A stretch of DNA of 64,000 nt, taken from positions 160,001-224,000 of the IMG/VR virus record IMGVR_UViG_3300015606_001334. One strand, written 5' to 3'. Position 1 is the stretch's first letter; the number at the start of each line of letters is the position of its first letter. The position numbers and the translations under genes were made by a program. Shown one piece after another: positions 8,163-16,634 of the stretch. Under the pieces are notes generated by a model. The model was not told the origin of the DNA, searched no databases, and worked only from the letters and a program-made list of their open reading frames with translations. The stretch is from a virus. Lineage: Duplodnaviria > Caudoviricetes.

Positions 8163-8347
8163 TTAATCTGATTTTTGATTCAAATAACTCAGATGTTCTT
8201 GAACCCTCTCGAACCATTCACGAACATAATGCTCGTACAATGATCCGAACTTTTTGACGGCTTCTTCAGCATCCCCGAACCAGGCTTCATTTACCCCTGT
8301 TCAAGAGGTTCAAACCATTCTTCAAAGCTTTTAAGCTGTTCAATCAT
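8163..8347 (-). pseudogene. small gene apparently broken by a 1-nt deletion in a G run
   Basis: MIEQLKSFEEWFEPLEQG* continues in the -1 frame as VNEAWFGDAEEAVKKFGSLYEHYVREWFERVQEHLSYLNQKSD*. Confidence 0.4.
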
Positions 8348-8970
8348 TTAGGTGCTACCTTTCGAAATTCGGTTGAGAGATTATTGTAGACAATTCGGAA
8401 CTTCTCGTCAATCTCTTCCCAAGTTTCACATGACATCACGTCGTAGTACTCTAGATTCTTTGACGTGATGTCATGGATTTTACCAGTCGTCGCTAGCTGA
8501 ATACCAAAATCGATAATACGAATTGCGTGCCAAGCAGACTTCTTACCAATAAGCGGCGCATAGTCTTCTGGAACTTTCAGCTTCTTCTTAGCTTTTACCC
8601 AGCTATTCGAAGCCTTACGAGAAATACTTTCGCGTAACATAGGCAGAGAAATCTTAGGCATCGCATGCATCTTGCCATATACCAAAGTGCCATTAATGCT
8701 ATAAGCGCGAACGTTGTTGACACATTCAAGGAATGAAATTTCCATTCCATCCAAGCCCCTGAGAAACTCTTCCTCAGTGTAGAGATTTACGTCAAACTTC
8801 GAGAATGAAAGCTGGAAGTATTCCCTTGCAATGGCAATAGCACGAGATTGAATGGTGACATCATCTTTACGATCAACAATAACGATTAAATCGAAATCTG
8901 ATCCAGGTTGAGCGGTCCCATAAACTGTTGAACCGTAAAGATAAATTGAAATGATATTAGCGGATGCCAT
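8344..8970 (-). CDS. DNA pol beta-superfamily nucleotidyltransferase
   Basis: IYLYGSTVYGT...SDFDLIVI (hG[GS]x9-13DhD) and downstream FDVNLY; start set at MASANI. Confidence 0.8.
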   Translation of the reverse strand: MASANIISIYLYGSTVYGTAQPGSDFDLIVIVDRKDDVTIQSRAIAIAREYFQLSFSKFDVNLYTEEEFLRGLDGMEISFLECVNNVRAYSINGTLVYGKMHAMPKISLPMLRESISRKASNSWVKAKKKLKVPEDYAPLIGKKSAWHAIRIIDFGIQLATTGKIHDITSKNLEYYDVMSCETWEEIDEKFRIVYNNLSTEFRKVAPK

Positions 8971-9529
8971 ACTTAAGTTTGAGTTCCTTGATCTTGTCAT
9001 CCCAATTATAATCTACTGCCATGGAAATTGACATAGGAACTTCATCTTTAGCTTCATCATGTGACCACAACAATTGATATTTACCATTTGGTGTTTCATA
9101 AACCTGATCGTGACAATGCAGCGAATTACCTACCGAAATCGGTTCGAGTTTGAGAGTGTTAATGTAGTTGAAAATTTCCCATCTTCCCCGCTCACTCTCA
9201 ACTTCTTCCCATCGAGTTTCGCCATTTAGACGTCTGAGGAAATTTAGATTCTTAAGTTCCTTTTCATATTCGATTTCTTCAGGAGTTGGTTCCTTAACCT
9301 CTTCCATAATCAAACGGAACTTGACAATCTCGCAATCTTCTACTTTGTAACGTCCCCAACGAGACTCATTCTCAAGGGACTTCGTCGCTACCTTAGGAGA
9401 GTTGTAGACTGAAGGGATATCGGTCTCGTAGAACGAATGACCAGGAGTTTTCTTCAGATACCTACCAGTTGGAATATAACGAATGGCGTACTGAAAAACT
9501 TCCTTATTTGGAACAATAGACTTAGTCAT
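8957..9529 (-). CDS. hypothetical protein
   Basis: ORF coupled to upstream stop (TAATG). Confidence 0.6.
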   Translation of the reverse strand: MTKSIVPNKEVFQYAIRYIPTGRYLKKTPGHSFYETDIPSVYNSPKVATKSLENESRWGRYKVEDCEIVKFRLIMEEVKEPTPEEIEYEKELKNLNFLRRLNGETRWEEVESERGRWEIFNYINTLKLEPISVGNSLHCHDQVYETPNGKYQLLWSHDEAKDEVPMSISMAVDYNWDDKIKELKLKYGIR

Positions 9530-9846
9530 TAGAACATCCGAATATTTGAAACCACGCCATCGTTTACATACAAGTTCCAACGGAACGGTAGATGACTGGC
9601 TGTAAGTTCATACCCTTTACCATCACGCTCAGCAACGCGGAACACACAACGATCTTTAATCGCTGACATAACTTCGTGTTCACTTTTCCCGATGAACGAC
9701 TGAGGATCTAGAATTTCGCTTTTCACGTTTGAGCCTTTCTCTATGTTGCTTTCGATTTTCTCCTGGTAAACGACCAATAGGAACCTATTGGTCTTGCCGA
9801 CGGAGATAGTATGCATTTTGTCCATATTTTGTAAATTCGTCCTCAA
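9529..9846 (-). CDS. hypothetical protein
   Basis: 105-aa ORF; start uncertain. Confidence 0.5.
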   Translation of the reverse strand: MRTNLQNMDKMHTISVGKTNRFLLVVYQEKIESNIEKGSNVKSEILDPQSFIGKSEHEVMSAIKDRCVFRVAERDGKGYELTASHLPFRWNLYVNDGVVSNIRMF

Positions 9847-9861
9847 AATCTAAAGCTGCCA

Positions 9862-10740
9862 TTACGTCCATAAACTCCTACGAATCTTGATGAGGCGAAT
9901 GAGCATCTCTTCATCTTCTTTTTCGTATGCTTCTTCGATTTCATTACAGGCGATACTACATTTGCGACCTTCTTCAGCGAGGTCTGGGGACTGGTCATTT
10001 AGTCCTGCCAGGAAATCTCCATCATGACGTTCTTCGAGCTTTTTGAAATATTCGGAATACCCAGAAGCGTCATGAGGATCAGGTCGCTGTGGACGAATAT
10101 GCTTCCACCAATGGTACAACTCAAACTGTTCTTTAGCCGCTTCGGCCTGCCCGGTCAACTTCCCATAATCTCCGGATTCTTTAGCTTGTTGGATTGATTC
10201 TTCATCATTACCATACCAGCTATCATCCTTAACGAGGGACATTTCCCATTCAAGGTACTCGATTCCTGCCAAGGGATGACGCTTCTCGCTTGCGAACCAA
10301 TTCAGCCAACCATTCATCTCGTACCATTTGTAGCCATACTTCTTACGATTTTCGTCCTGGCCCCAAATGACGTGCATCCATGCTTTTTCGATTTCGATAA
10401 AGTCTACCAATGTTTCAAACATCCCATGGAGAATACGAGTGTCGACTTCATGATACTGCCAAGGATTTAACTTTGTCGGAAGATAGTGGTATTTGTCGAA
10501 GTACTTGGCATTAATCGCACAACGAAGATCCCACAGCTTATCTTTCGGCCAACAAAAGAAATCTTGGATCTTGTTGAAAGCAGTGTCAGTCAACCAATGA
10601 ATAAAGGGCGCTTTGCCCTCACTCATTTCTCTCCAAAGCTTCCAATCTTCGCTAGTCAAAGCGTGTGGATTGGTTAAGCCAAATTTTACACGGAGCCAAT
10701 GAGCAAAGCTGCTATTGCTCCAATAATTGATACGACTCAA
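9862..10740 (-). CDS. hypothetical protein (Trp-rich)
   Basis: 292-aa ORF ending MLIRLIKIRRSLWT. Confidence 0.75.
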   Translation of the reverse strand: MSRINYWSNSSFAHWLRVKFGLTNPHALTSEDWKLWREMSEGKAPFIHWLTDTAFNKIQDFFCWPKDKLWDLRCAINAKYFDKYHYLPTKLNPWQYHEVDTRILHGMFETLVDFIEIEKAWMHVIWGQDENRKKYGYKWYEMNGWLNWFASEKRHPLAGIEYLEWEMSLVKDDSWYGNDEESIQQAKESGDYGKLTGQAEAAKEQFELYHWWKHIRPQRPDPHDASGYSEYFKKLEERHDGDFLAGLNDQSPDLAEEGRKCSIACNEIEEAYEKEDEEMLIRLIKIRRSLWT

Positions 10741-11051
10741 ATTACGATTTCCTTTAGAAATTCAGACCGTGGCAAATTCTGGAATGCCTTCGACTCGTCA
10801 AAGTACATGACGGTCCAGTCTGGTAGATTTTGTTTCAATTTGAACGCAAGAGCGTAGCCATTCTTGGCAAAGAGCTGAACATCAAACAGATCTTCTTCGA
10901 GCGAAACGCGATCGTATTCTGCTTGCCATTCAGTGATCATTGATTTCAGCCAATAATGAATTGGTAGGTCGTTGATGTCAATATTAGTCCCATTTTCGTC
11001 CCATACTCCAGACGAACAATAATCAGCCATTAGTCGGACATATTTTGCCAT
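10737..11051 (-). CDS. hypothetical protein
   Basis: 104-aa ORF directly downstream of coaD. Confidence 0.65.
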   Translation of the reverse strand: MAKYVRLMADYCSSGVWDENGTNIDINDLPIHYWLKSMITEWQAEYDRVSLEEDLFDVQLFAKNGYALAFKLKQNLPDWTVMYFDESKAFQNLPRSEFLKEIVI

Positions 11052-11052
11052 T

Positions 11053-11583
11053 TTAACTTTCCTTCTTTTCTAATTTCTTTTTAAACTCGTCAACGATAAT
11101 AGGATCAACGTACTGCTCGACGATTCGTTCCCAACCTTGGAAGCCAACAAGACCCTTCACTGTAGAAGAGCTGACTTCCGTCATAGCTGAAGGAGGGATG
11201 AAGAAAACGGTCTCAACATTCGGGTTGATCTTGCGATTGACTTGCTGAATCTGTGATTCGTAGTTGAAGTCTTCTGTGTTGCGAATACCGCGGAAGATAT
11301 ACGAAGCTCCAATCTTACGAGCGTGGTTGATTAGCAACTCATCGCTGATAGTTTCAATGACAATGTTCTCAAACAGCGAAACTGGAAGAGTATTGTGAAG
11401 GACTGATCGGATTTGTTGCTCACGCTCCTCAACAGAGAAGTAACCTTTCTTCGCTGAGTTCGTGCCAATTACGACATGGAGTTTTCCATCAGGAGCAATC
11501 ATGCCTCCAGCAGCTCGAATCAGCCACATGTGACCGAGAGTAATTGGGTCGAATGAGCCTGCAACAATTCCAATCTTAGCCAT
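11053..11583 (-). CDS. coaD: phosphopantetheine adenylyltransferase
   Basis: AGSFDPITLGH, FRGIRNTEDFNYE, ETVFF, VSSSTVK motifs. Confidence 0.93.
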   Translation of the reverse strand: MAKIGIVAGSFDPITLGHMWLIRAAGGMIAPDGKLHVVIGTNSAKKGYFSVEEREQQIRSVLHNTLPVSLFENIVIETISDELLINHARKIGASYIFRGIRNTEDFNYESQIQQVNRKINPNVETVFFIPPSAMTEVSSSTVKGLVGFQGWERIVEQYVDPIIVDEFKKKLEKKES

Positions 11584-11585
11584 TT

Positions 11586-12032
11586 TTATTTCCGAATTTC
11601 GATATCAGGGACGATTGCAGCCGGCTTAAACGTAACACGATAGTTGTACTGGCTGACGTTGGACGGTTCCATTTGTTCAGCGAAGTAGGTCACGTTTTCA
11701 GAAATGCCGAGGAAGCTCTTCTTAAAGCTGTTCGGACCAGTCTTGCAGGTAACAGCTACCGCCTTGGTTTCAGAAGCGCTGCCAATCGAGCAGAGACCTT
11801 CGATAACCAGCATATACTCGCCGTTCATGGTGTTGTAGAAAACAATTCGACGATTGATTTCGAAATTGTCGGCAGCCTTCTTCAAGTTGTCTGAAGCAAT
11901 TTGCGCATCACTACACCCAACTGCTAGTATACCAATCAGACATGCTGAAATAATGATAGTCAGAATATTCGTTATCTTCTTGTGAGTTTTCATTTCTTGG
12001 TTCATTTCAATCTTTCTTTTGTAGTTGCTCAA
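11586..12032 (-). CDS. putative lipoprotein
   Basis: Hydrophobic signal ending LAVGC lipobox; true start likely downstream of 12032. Confidence 0.7.
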   Translation of the reverse strand: MSNYKRKIEMNQEMKTHKKITNILTIIISACLIGILAVGCSDAQIASDNLKKAADNFEINRRIVFYNTMNGEYMLVIEGLCSIGSASETKAVAVTCKTGPNSFKKSFLGISENVTYFAEQMEPSNVSQYNYRVTFKPAAIVPDIEIRK

Positions 12033-12660
12033 TTAGTATCTTGACATTTTCACGTCCGATTTGTTCCCAACCTGCATCTTTGGCAAATTCAGAAAAGTAC
12101 AGCTTTGGTCGTCCCAAGAAGCTTTGAAGGACTTGGGTACGGCCATGAGAATAAATCTCGTCATTGTATTGAGAGAATTCTTTACGAATGTCCTTCTCAA
12201 ATTGTTGTAGACGTTTTTCAGTTTCAGAAAGAATTCGAAGATCTGCATCAAGGAACATTTTGATGTCTTCAATTTCGGCTTCGGAGAACTTTCCACGATT
12301 TCGAACTCGATCAAGAGTATGACCTTTAGTGCAGCCGATCATCGCCAAAGCTAGACGAACGGTCCGATATTCGGGATCATCAATGTCAAGATCCTTCAAA
12401 TGAGGATTGTCTTCTTCAATCTTTTCGAGAAACATTCGACACGAGTTGATTTCATTGTGCTCATAGGCTTCATCAACTTCGTAGACGATATCATGAAATT
12501 CTGCAGCAAGTTCAGCAGCTCTAAAGTTACTGAACTTGTGCTTCATTAGATACAGAGTATCAAGCACATGACAAACATGTGCGTAGTTATGGTAGTGTCG
12601 ATGCTTCCTGCTAAGCTCTTTAAGCAGAAACTTTCGAGTCTTGTCGCTGATCTGCAACAT
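12007..12660 (-). CDS. HD-superfamily metal-dependent phosphohydrolase (COG4339-like)
   Basis: RHYHNYAH, FHDIVY, TKGH, FLDADLRIL, IRKEF. Confidence 0.85.
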   Translation of the reverse strand: MLQISDKTRKFLLKELSRKHRHYHNYAHVCHVLDTLYLMKHKFSNFRAAELAAEFHDIVYEVDEAYEHNEINSCRMFLEKIEEDNPHLKDLDIDDPEYRTVRLALAMIGCTKGHTLDRVRNRGKFSEAEIEDIKMFLDADLRILSETEKRLQQFEKDIRKEFSQYNDEIYSHGRTQVLQSFLGRPKLYFSEFAKDAGWEQIGRENVKILIEQLQKKD

Positions 12661-13288
12661 GGAAGAAAACCTTTCTGAACTTGTGCTTCATTAGGTCGGT
12701 TACATGAACATCACAATGACCATGAGTATTGTCGATGACGTAATCGGCGTTTTCAATCTTGTACTGTTGAGGTACTTGAGTTGACATTATATCACGAACT
12801 TTTTCTTCTGTAAACCCGTCGCGATTTTTGACGCGTTGTACACGAACTTCGTCGTCAGCTGCAACCACGATAACCTTGACCTTGGTTCGAACCAATTGCA
12901 TTTTGGTAGAGAGCTTCTTCATCTCGAAGAACATTGGCATCTCGATCACCATGGTATTCACAGGCTTACGATTTACCAGTTCGATGAATTTGTCTTCAAC
13001 CAGCTTAAAGAAGAATTGGTTGAGCTCATCCAGGAGAATTTTGGTTGTTTCGGTTTTACCAAGCTGTCGACTCTGATTGAACACGATGTCGCTGATTTCC
13101 TTTTTATCGGAGGTGCCAAACATCGTTTTCAGGAACTGCTTGACATCCTCTCGTTCGTACAACTCTCGAGTGTAGTCATCAAAATTGAAGAAGCCAACTT
13201 TGACTTCAGAACTCCGCTTAATGGACTCGATCACGCTCGACTTGCCGGAACCGATCCCGCCAGTAATTACAATGGTTTCAATTTTCAT
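12620..13288 (-). CDS. coaE: dephospho-CoA kinase
   Basis: ITGGIGSGKSSV P-loop, IEMPMFFE, RVKNRDG, IMSTQ, ADYVIDN. Confidence 0.9.
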   Translation of the reverse strand: MKIETIVITGGIGSGKSSVIESIKRSSEVKVGFFNFDDYTRELYEREDVKQFLKTMFGTSDKKEISDIVFNQSRQLGKTETTKILLDELNQFFFKLVEDKFIELVNRKPVNTMVIEMPMFFEMKKLSTKMQLVRTKVKVIVVAADDEVRVQRVKNRDGFTEEKVRDIMSTQVPQQYKIENADYVIDNTHGHCDVHVTDLMKHKFRKVFFHVADQRQDSKVSA

Positions 13289-13289
13289 T

Positions 13290-13556
13290 TTAGAGTTTCT
13301 TCAGTTTTTCAGATAGATGATAAGCAAGACGTTTGCGAACTTTCTCGCCAACTTCCTCGCGCCATTTTTGAGTTCGCTCGTTAAAGGCGAAAATGGATTC
13401 TTCTTCAGGATTTCTGATAGGCTTTGGAAATTGCTTCCACTCCTCTTCGCGAATCATCGAACCCGCAAATTGGAAAGGGTGGTTAATTCCCATCATCACA
13501 TAAACAGCAGCTTCCGTTTTATTGAATACCGGAATCTGTTTCAATTCATCGCTCAT
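13290..13556 (-). CDS. hypothetical protein
   Basis: 88-aa ORF with RBS. Confidence 0.6.
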   Translation of the reverse strand: MSDELKQIPVFNKTEAAVYVMMGINHPFQFAGSMIREEEWKQFPKPIRNPEEESIFAFNERTQKWREEVGEKVRKRLAYHLSEKLKKL

Positions 13557-13564
13557 TGCTTTCC

Positions 13565-14227
13565 TTATTTTGGAAACTTCAAACCTGTCTTGATGTTGAT
13601 CTTGTCGATAGTTGTGGAATGGACGCCAGAGGTTTCGTTGTTGTCTGCGTAGAAAGCTTTCGAACTTCCATCCGATAGATAGATAATTTTATAATATCCC
13701 GCCGGAATTGGAACAAGATTTACAATTTTTTCATCACCTTCATAAACTGCACCAGTGACTACATTGATCGGCTTTTTGCCAGCGATAGCCATCTTACGAG
13801 TCAAATGCTCAAGCTTCTTCCATTGGCCGCGATTTAGCTTTGGATCTTGTGGAGTCATGTTCGTCATGAGGTAAGTATCGAACATTTCTTCTGGTGAAGT
13901 TGAATCGTCAGAAGGGACCAAATGACCCTTATCTTTCTGGGTTCCTGCATAAACAGCAGGCTTTACAGGATCTTTTAGTCGCTTATCTGCGTGGAACGAA
14001 TTCTTGCGGGACAAATCATGTCCGCTTGGTTGAAGCAGCTCAGAAGAGAATAGAGCACGTTTGTTATCGTCGTCGTATTGGGTAACGAAGAATGAATTGC
14101 AAAGCTCAACTGCGCCCTTTGGTTGGATGGTTTTACCATTTGGGTAAAATTGCGGACATGAAGCAAAAGCCACTCCACTAATTAGTAGCAGAATGTCCAG
14201 AATGAGAAATTTTTTCAAAATGTTCAT
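13565..14227 (-). CDS. secreted DNA/RNA non-specific endonuclease (NucA/EndA, beta-beta-alpha-Me)
   Basis: DKGHLVP, TYLMTNMTPQDPKLNRGQWKKLE, IPAGYYK; N-terminal signal peptide ending AFA. Confidence 0.88.
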   Translation of the reverse strand: MNILKKFLILDILLLISGVAFASCPQFYPNGKTIQPKGAVELCNSFFVTQYDDDNKRALFSSELLQPSGHDLSRKNSFHADKRLKDPVKPAVYAGTQKDKGHLVPSDDSTSPEEMFDTYLMTNMTPQDPKLNRGQWKKLEHLTRKMAIAGKKPINVVTGAVYEGDEKIVNLVPIPAGYYKIIYLSDGSSKAFYADNNETSGVHSTTIDKINIKTGLKFPK

Positions 14228-14289
14228 AAGTAATCCTAAACAAGAAAAGGAGAGAAACACTCTCTCCTTCTCTTATTTACTTCAGTCGG

Positions 14290-15384
14290 TTAGAGATTAC
14301 CAACCAACTTTTGCACGATGAATGAGTGATCTTCGAACATCATGTTTTCCATTTGCTTGAACTCAGCAAGAGGGACCCATTTGACTCGAGTTACATCACA
14401 TTCAGGATCGGTGTTACCTTGCTGTGAACCCTTGACTTTCGGCAGACCTTCTGGAACGGCATCCAAAGCGAAGTAGAAACCGAAGGTAACGGTACGACCG
14501 CGAAGAGAACGCTCAGGATCGTCGAAGTAATCGCGATTCTTGACTGAACCACGAAGTTTGGCTTCAGGAACCTTGATCTTCGTTTCTTCTTGCAGCTCAC
14601 GGATGACGGCATCGAAGATACGTTCTTTCGGATTCACGAAGCCGCCAGGCAGAGCCCAAAGACCTTCACCAGGCATAGCACCACGACGGACAAGAAGAAT
14701 GTGACCGGCTTGGATTACCACTGCATCAACAGTGATAAAAGTCGGTTCATAAGGAGCGGCTTCCCAAGCGCCCTTATACTTCTTGACATGTTGGTATTCT
14801 GATCGGAAACGGTCAGCTTGATCGCGCTCAGTCGAGAAGAATTCTTCGATCCAGTGCATTGCTGCACGAGGGATGTCATTGCGAATCGATTCAGGAAGAG
14901 CGTGAACGTTCAGGTAACCAGTGGATTCAAACAGGAAGTTGCGAATTTCAGTTGCGTTGATCTTGCCGAATTCTTCGATTTCGACACGTTCCCACTGAGG
15001 GAAAAGGTCAAGGTAGAAGGAGGTGTGATCACGCTTGAAACCGATGATGCCGATCTTTGCATCATCTTTGTCGGTCTTGACGTTGACGACAGCTTGAACT
15101 TCAGACAGCCAAAGTTCATCGTTGTACGGATAGTCGTGGATCGGTACGACCTTGACGCGCTTTTGTGAAATGCCTTCATCCTTGAGAACGGCACGAATCA
15201 TGTTTTCACGTTGTTGTGCAGTCCACGGGTTACGGATGTTATTTGCGCGATTGCTACTGCCAAGAAGAATGAGAACTTCATCAGCTTGGTCGAGAGCGGC
15301 CTTCAGAGTTTGAAGGTGACCGTTGTGAAATGGTTGAAAACGGCCGATGTAGACGATGCTGTCGAACTTGCGAGTCTTAGACAT
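14290..15384 (-). CDS. nadM: bifunctional NMN adenylyltransferase / Nudix ADP-ribose pyrophosphatase (NadM-Nudix, NatV-like)
   Basis: YIGRFQPFHNGH, RNPW, INATEIR; Nudix box GGFVNPKERIFDAVIRELQEET; RSLRGRTVT, FEDH. Confidence 0.95.
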   Translation of the reverse strand: MSKTRKFDSIVYIGRFQPFHNGHLQTLKAALDQADEVLILLGSSNRANNIRNPWTAQQRENMIRAVLKDEGISQKRVKVVPIHDYPYNDELWLSEVQAVVNVKTDKDDAKIGIIGFKRDHTSFYLDLFPQWERVEIEEFGKINATEIRNFLFESTGYLNVHALPESIRNDIPRAAMHWIEEFFSTERDQADRFRSEYQHVKKYKGAWEAAPYEPTFITVDAVVIQAGHILLVRRGAMPGEGLWALPGGFVNPKERIFDAVIRELQEETKIKVPEAKLRGSVKNRDYFDDPERSLRGRTVTFGFYFALDAVPEGLPKVKGSQQGNTDPECDVTRVKWVPLAEFKQMENMMFEDHSFIVQKLVGNL

Positions 15385-15385
15385 A

Positions 15386-15444
15386 TATAGAGCTCCTCTA
15401 TAAATATTGATAAATTGTTGGTCTTTCCAACAGGAATATTTATT
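15386..15444 (-). promoter_or_regulatory. two-hairpin leader element, copy 3 (nadM-Nudix)
   Basis: mRNA: AAUAAAUAUUCC-UGUUGG[AAAGA]CCAACA-linker-UAUAGAG[GAG]CUCUAUA-U-AUG. Confidence 0.8.
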
Positions 15445-15471
15445 GTATCAAGACTTCAAGAGATTGTAAAC
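15442..15471 (-). promoter_or_regulatory. early-type promoter GTTTAC-N18-TACAAT
   Basis: Recurrent motif directly upstream of the leader element. Confidence 0.65.
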
Positions 15472-15864
15472 ATGAAAATCACAGAAATTCACCAAGCAGA
15501 TCTTGCCGAACCAACACATGAGGTTCCACTGTCAAAAGCTGAGCAGCTTGACGAGATCCTTTTGTTCTTCAGAGAGAACCCTTCCGCTGGCCGCAAAGAT
15601 CTTCTAGCTCTAAACAAAGCTCTTGGTGTTTCAGAGGAAGAAGTTGAGAACCTTGAGTTTGAACTTTGCAAAGCCCTATGCTCACGGATTGGCAAGAACG
15701 TCAACCATGGCGATGAAAAGGTAGACGAAGCTGAGCTAGAAAAGGGAGTTCAACACGAGATGGAACATACCAACGATCAGTATATCGCAAGATTGATCGC
15801 TCTTGACCATCTTTACGAAATTCCAGATTACTACACCCAACTAGCTAAGTTTGACAAAGATTAA
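15472..15864 (+). CDS. hypothetical protein (DUF5661-like C-terminus)
   Basis: ELEKGVQHEMEHT...IALDHLYEIPDYYTQL; TATAAATA at 15399-15406 on + strand; start set at MKITEI. Confidence 0.65.
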   Translation: MKITEIHQADLAEPTHEVPLSKAEQLDEILLFFRENPSAGRKDLLALNKALGVSEEEVENLEFELCKALCSRIGKNVNHGDEKVDEAELEKGVQHEMEHTNDQYIARLIALDHLYEIPDYYTQLAKFDKD

Positions 15865-16634
15865 AACTTCGCTTGACGCTCAAGGTTAGCATCCACCAAA
15901 GCATCTTGGGCGTCAAAAATATCCCCACCAGATTTTTCAATTTGATCAAGAATATCGCCAGCCCGAGCAAGCGATGAATCTTCATTGCCGGTTCTGTAGG
16001 TGAGTGACTTAATTTTGAAGGTTGGGATCTTCATTAGACTTAGAAGACCCTCTTCAACTGGACTAGCGTTGATCTGAAGGTGCTCAAGTTTTGGTGCTTT
16101 CTTTTGGATGCCAGCTAAGGTCTTAATCCCAGTTGCGCAAGCGGTAATTCTAAGAATCGTTGATGGTAGATAATCCATCTCTTGAAGATTTCTGCAGAAG
16201 CCAATGTTTAGATACTCAGCGTTCTCTGCAATACCTTTTAGCGAAACCAGATTCTTACACTGATCCGCATAATACGTGTTGGTGTATTCCTTATTTGAAG
16301 TGCCAACAAGTTTTGGTCCGCCTTCAAGACTGGTGATATGAGTGTAGCTGCAATTGAACCCTTCACCAACCTCGTCTGGACATCCTTCAAGAGTAGTCAA
16401 AGGAGTATTCTGAATGTGGAATCTTCCAGTCACCTTCTTGAACTTTACAGGCAACTTAGTGAATGACATTTTGGTTAAGTCAACAGATCCTTCTACAGTA
16501 ACTTGAAGGTTGTCGTCGACAGTAAACTCACCATCAATTCTTCGACCCCTTTTCTTTACCCACTCTTGTACCTTTTCTTTAGTGTCAAGGTCAGGAGTTT
16601 TTCTCTCTTCAGAAATTAGATCGGCAATTCTCAT
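15861..16634 (-). CDS. LRR-like protein, paralogue family member 1
   Basis: LTTLEGCP/ITSLEGGP/LVSLKGIA repeats; C-terminal DIFDAQDALVDANLERQAKF. Confidence 0.8.
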   Translation of the reverse strand: MRIADLISEERKTPDLDTKEKVQEWVKKRGRRIDGEFTVDDNLQVTVEGSVDLTKMSFTKLPVKFKKVTGRFHIQNTPLTTLEGCPDEVGEGFNCSYTHITSLEGGPKLVGTSNKEYTNTYYADQCKNLVSLKGIAENAEYLNIGFCRNLQEMDYLPSTILRITACATGIKTLAGIQKKAPKLEHLQINASPVEEGLLSLMKIPTFKIKSLTYRTGNEDSSLARAGDILDQIEKSGGDIFDAQDALVDANLERQAKF

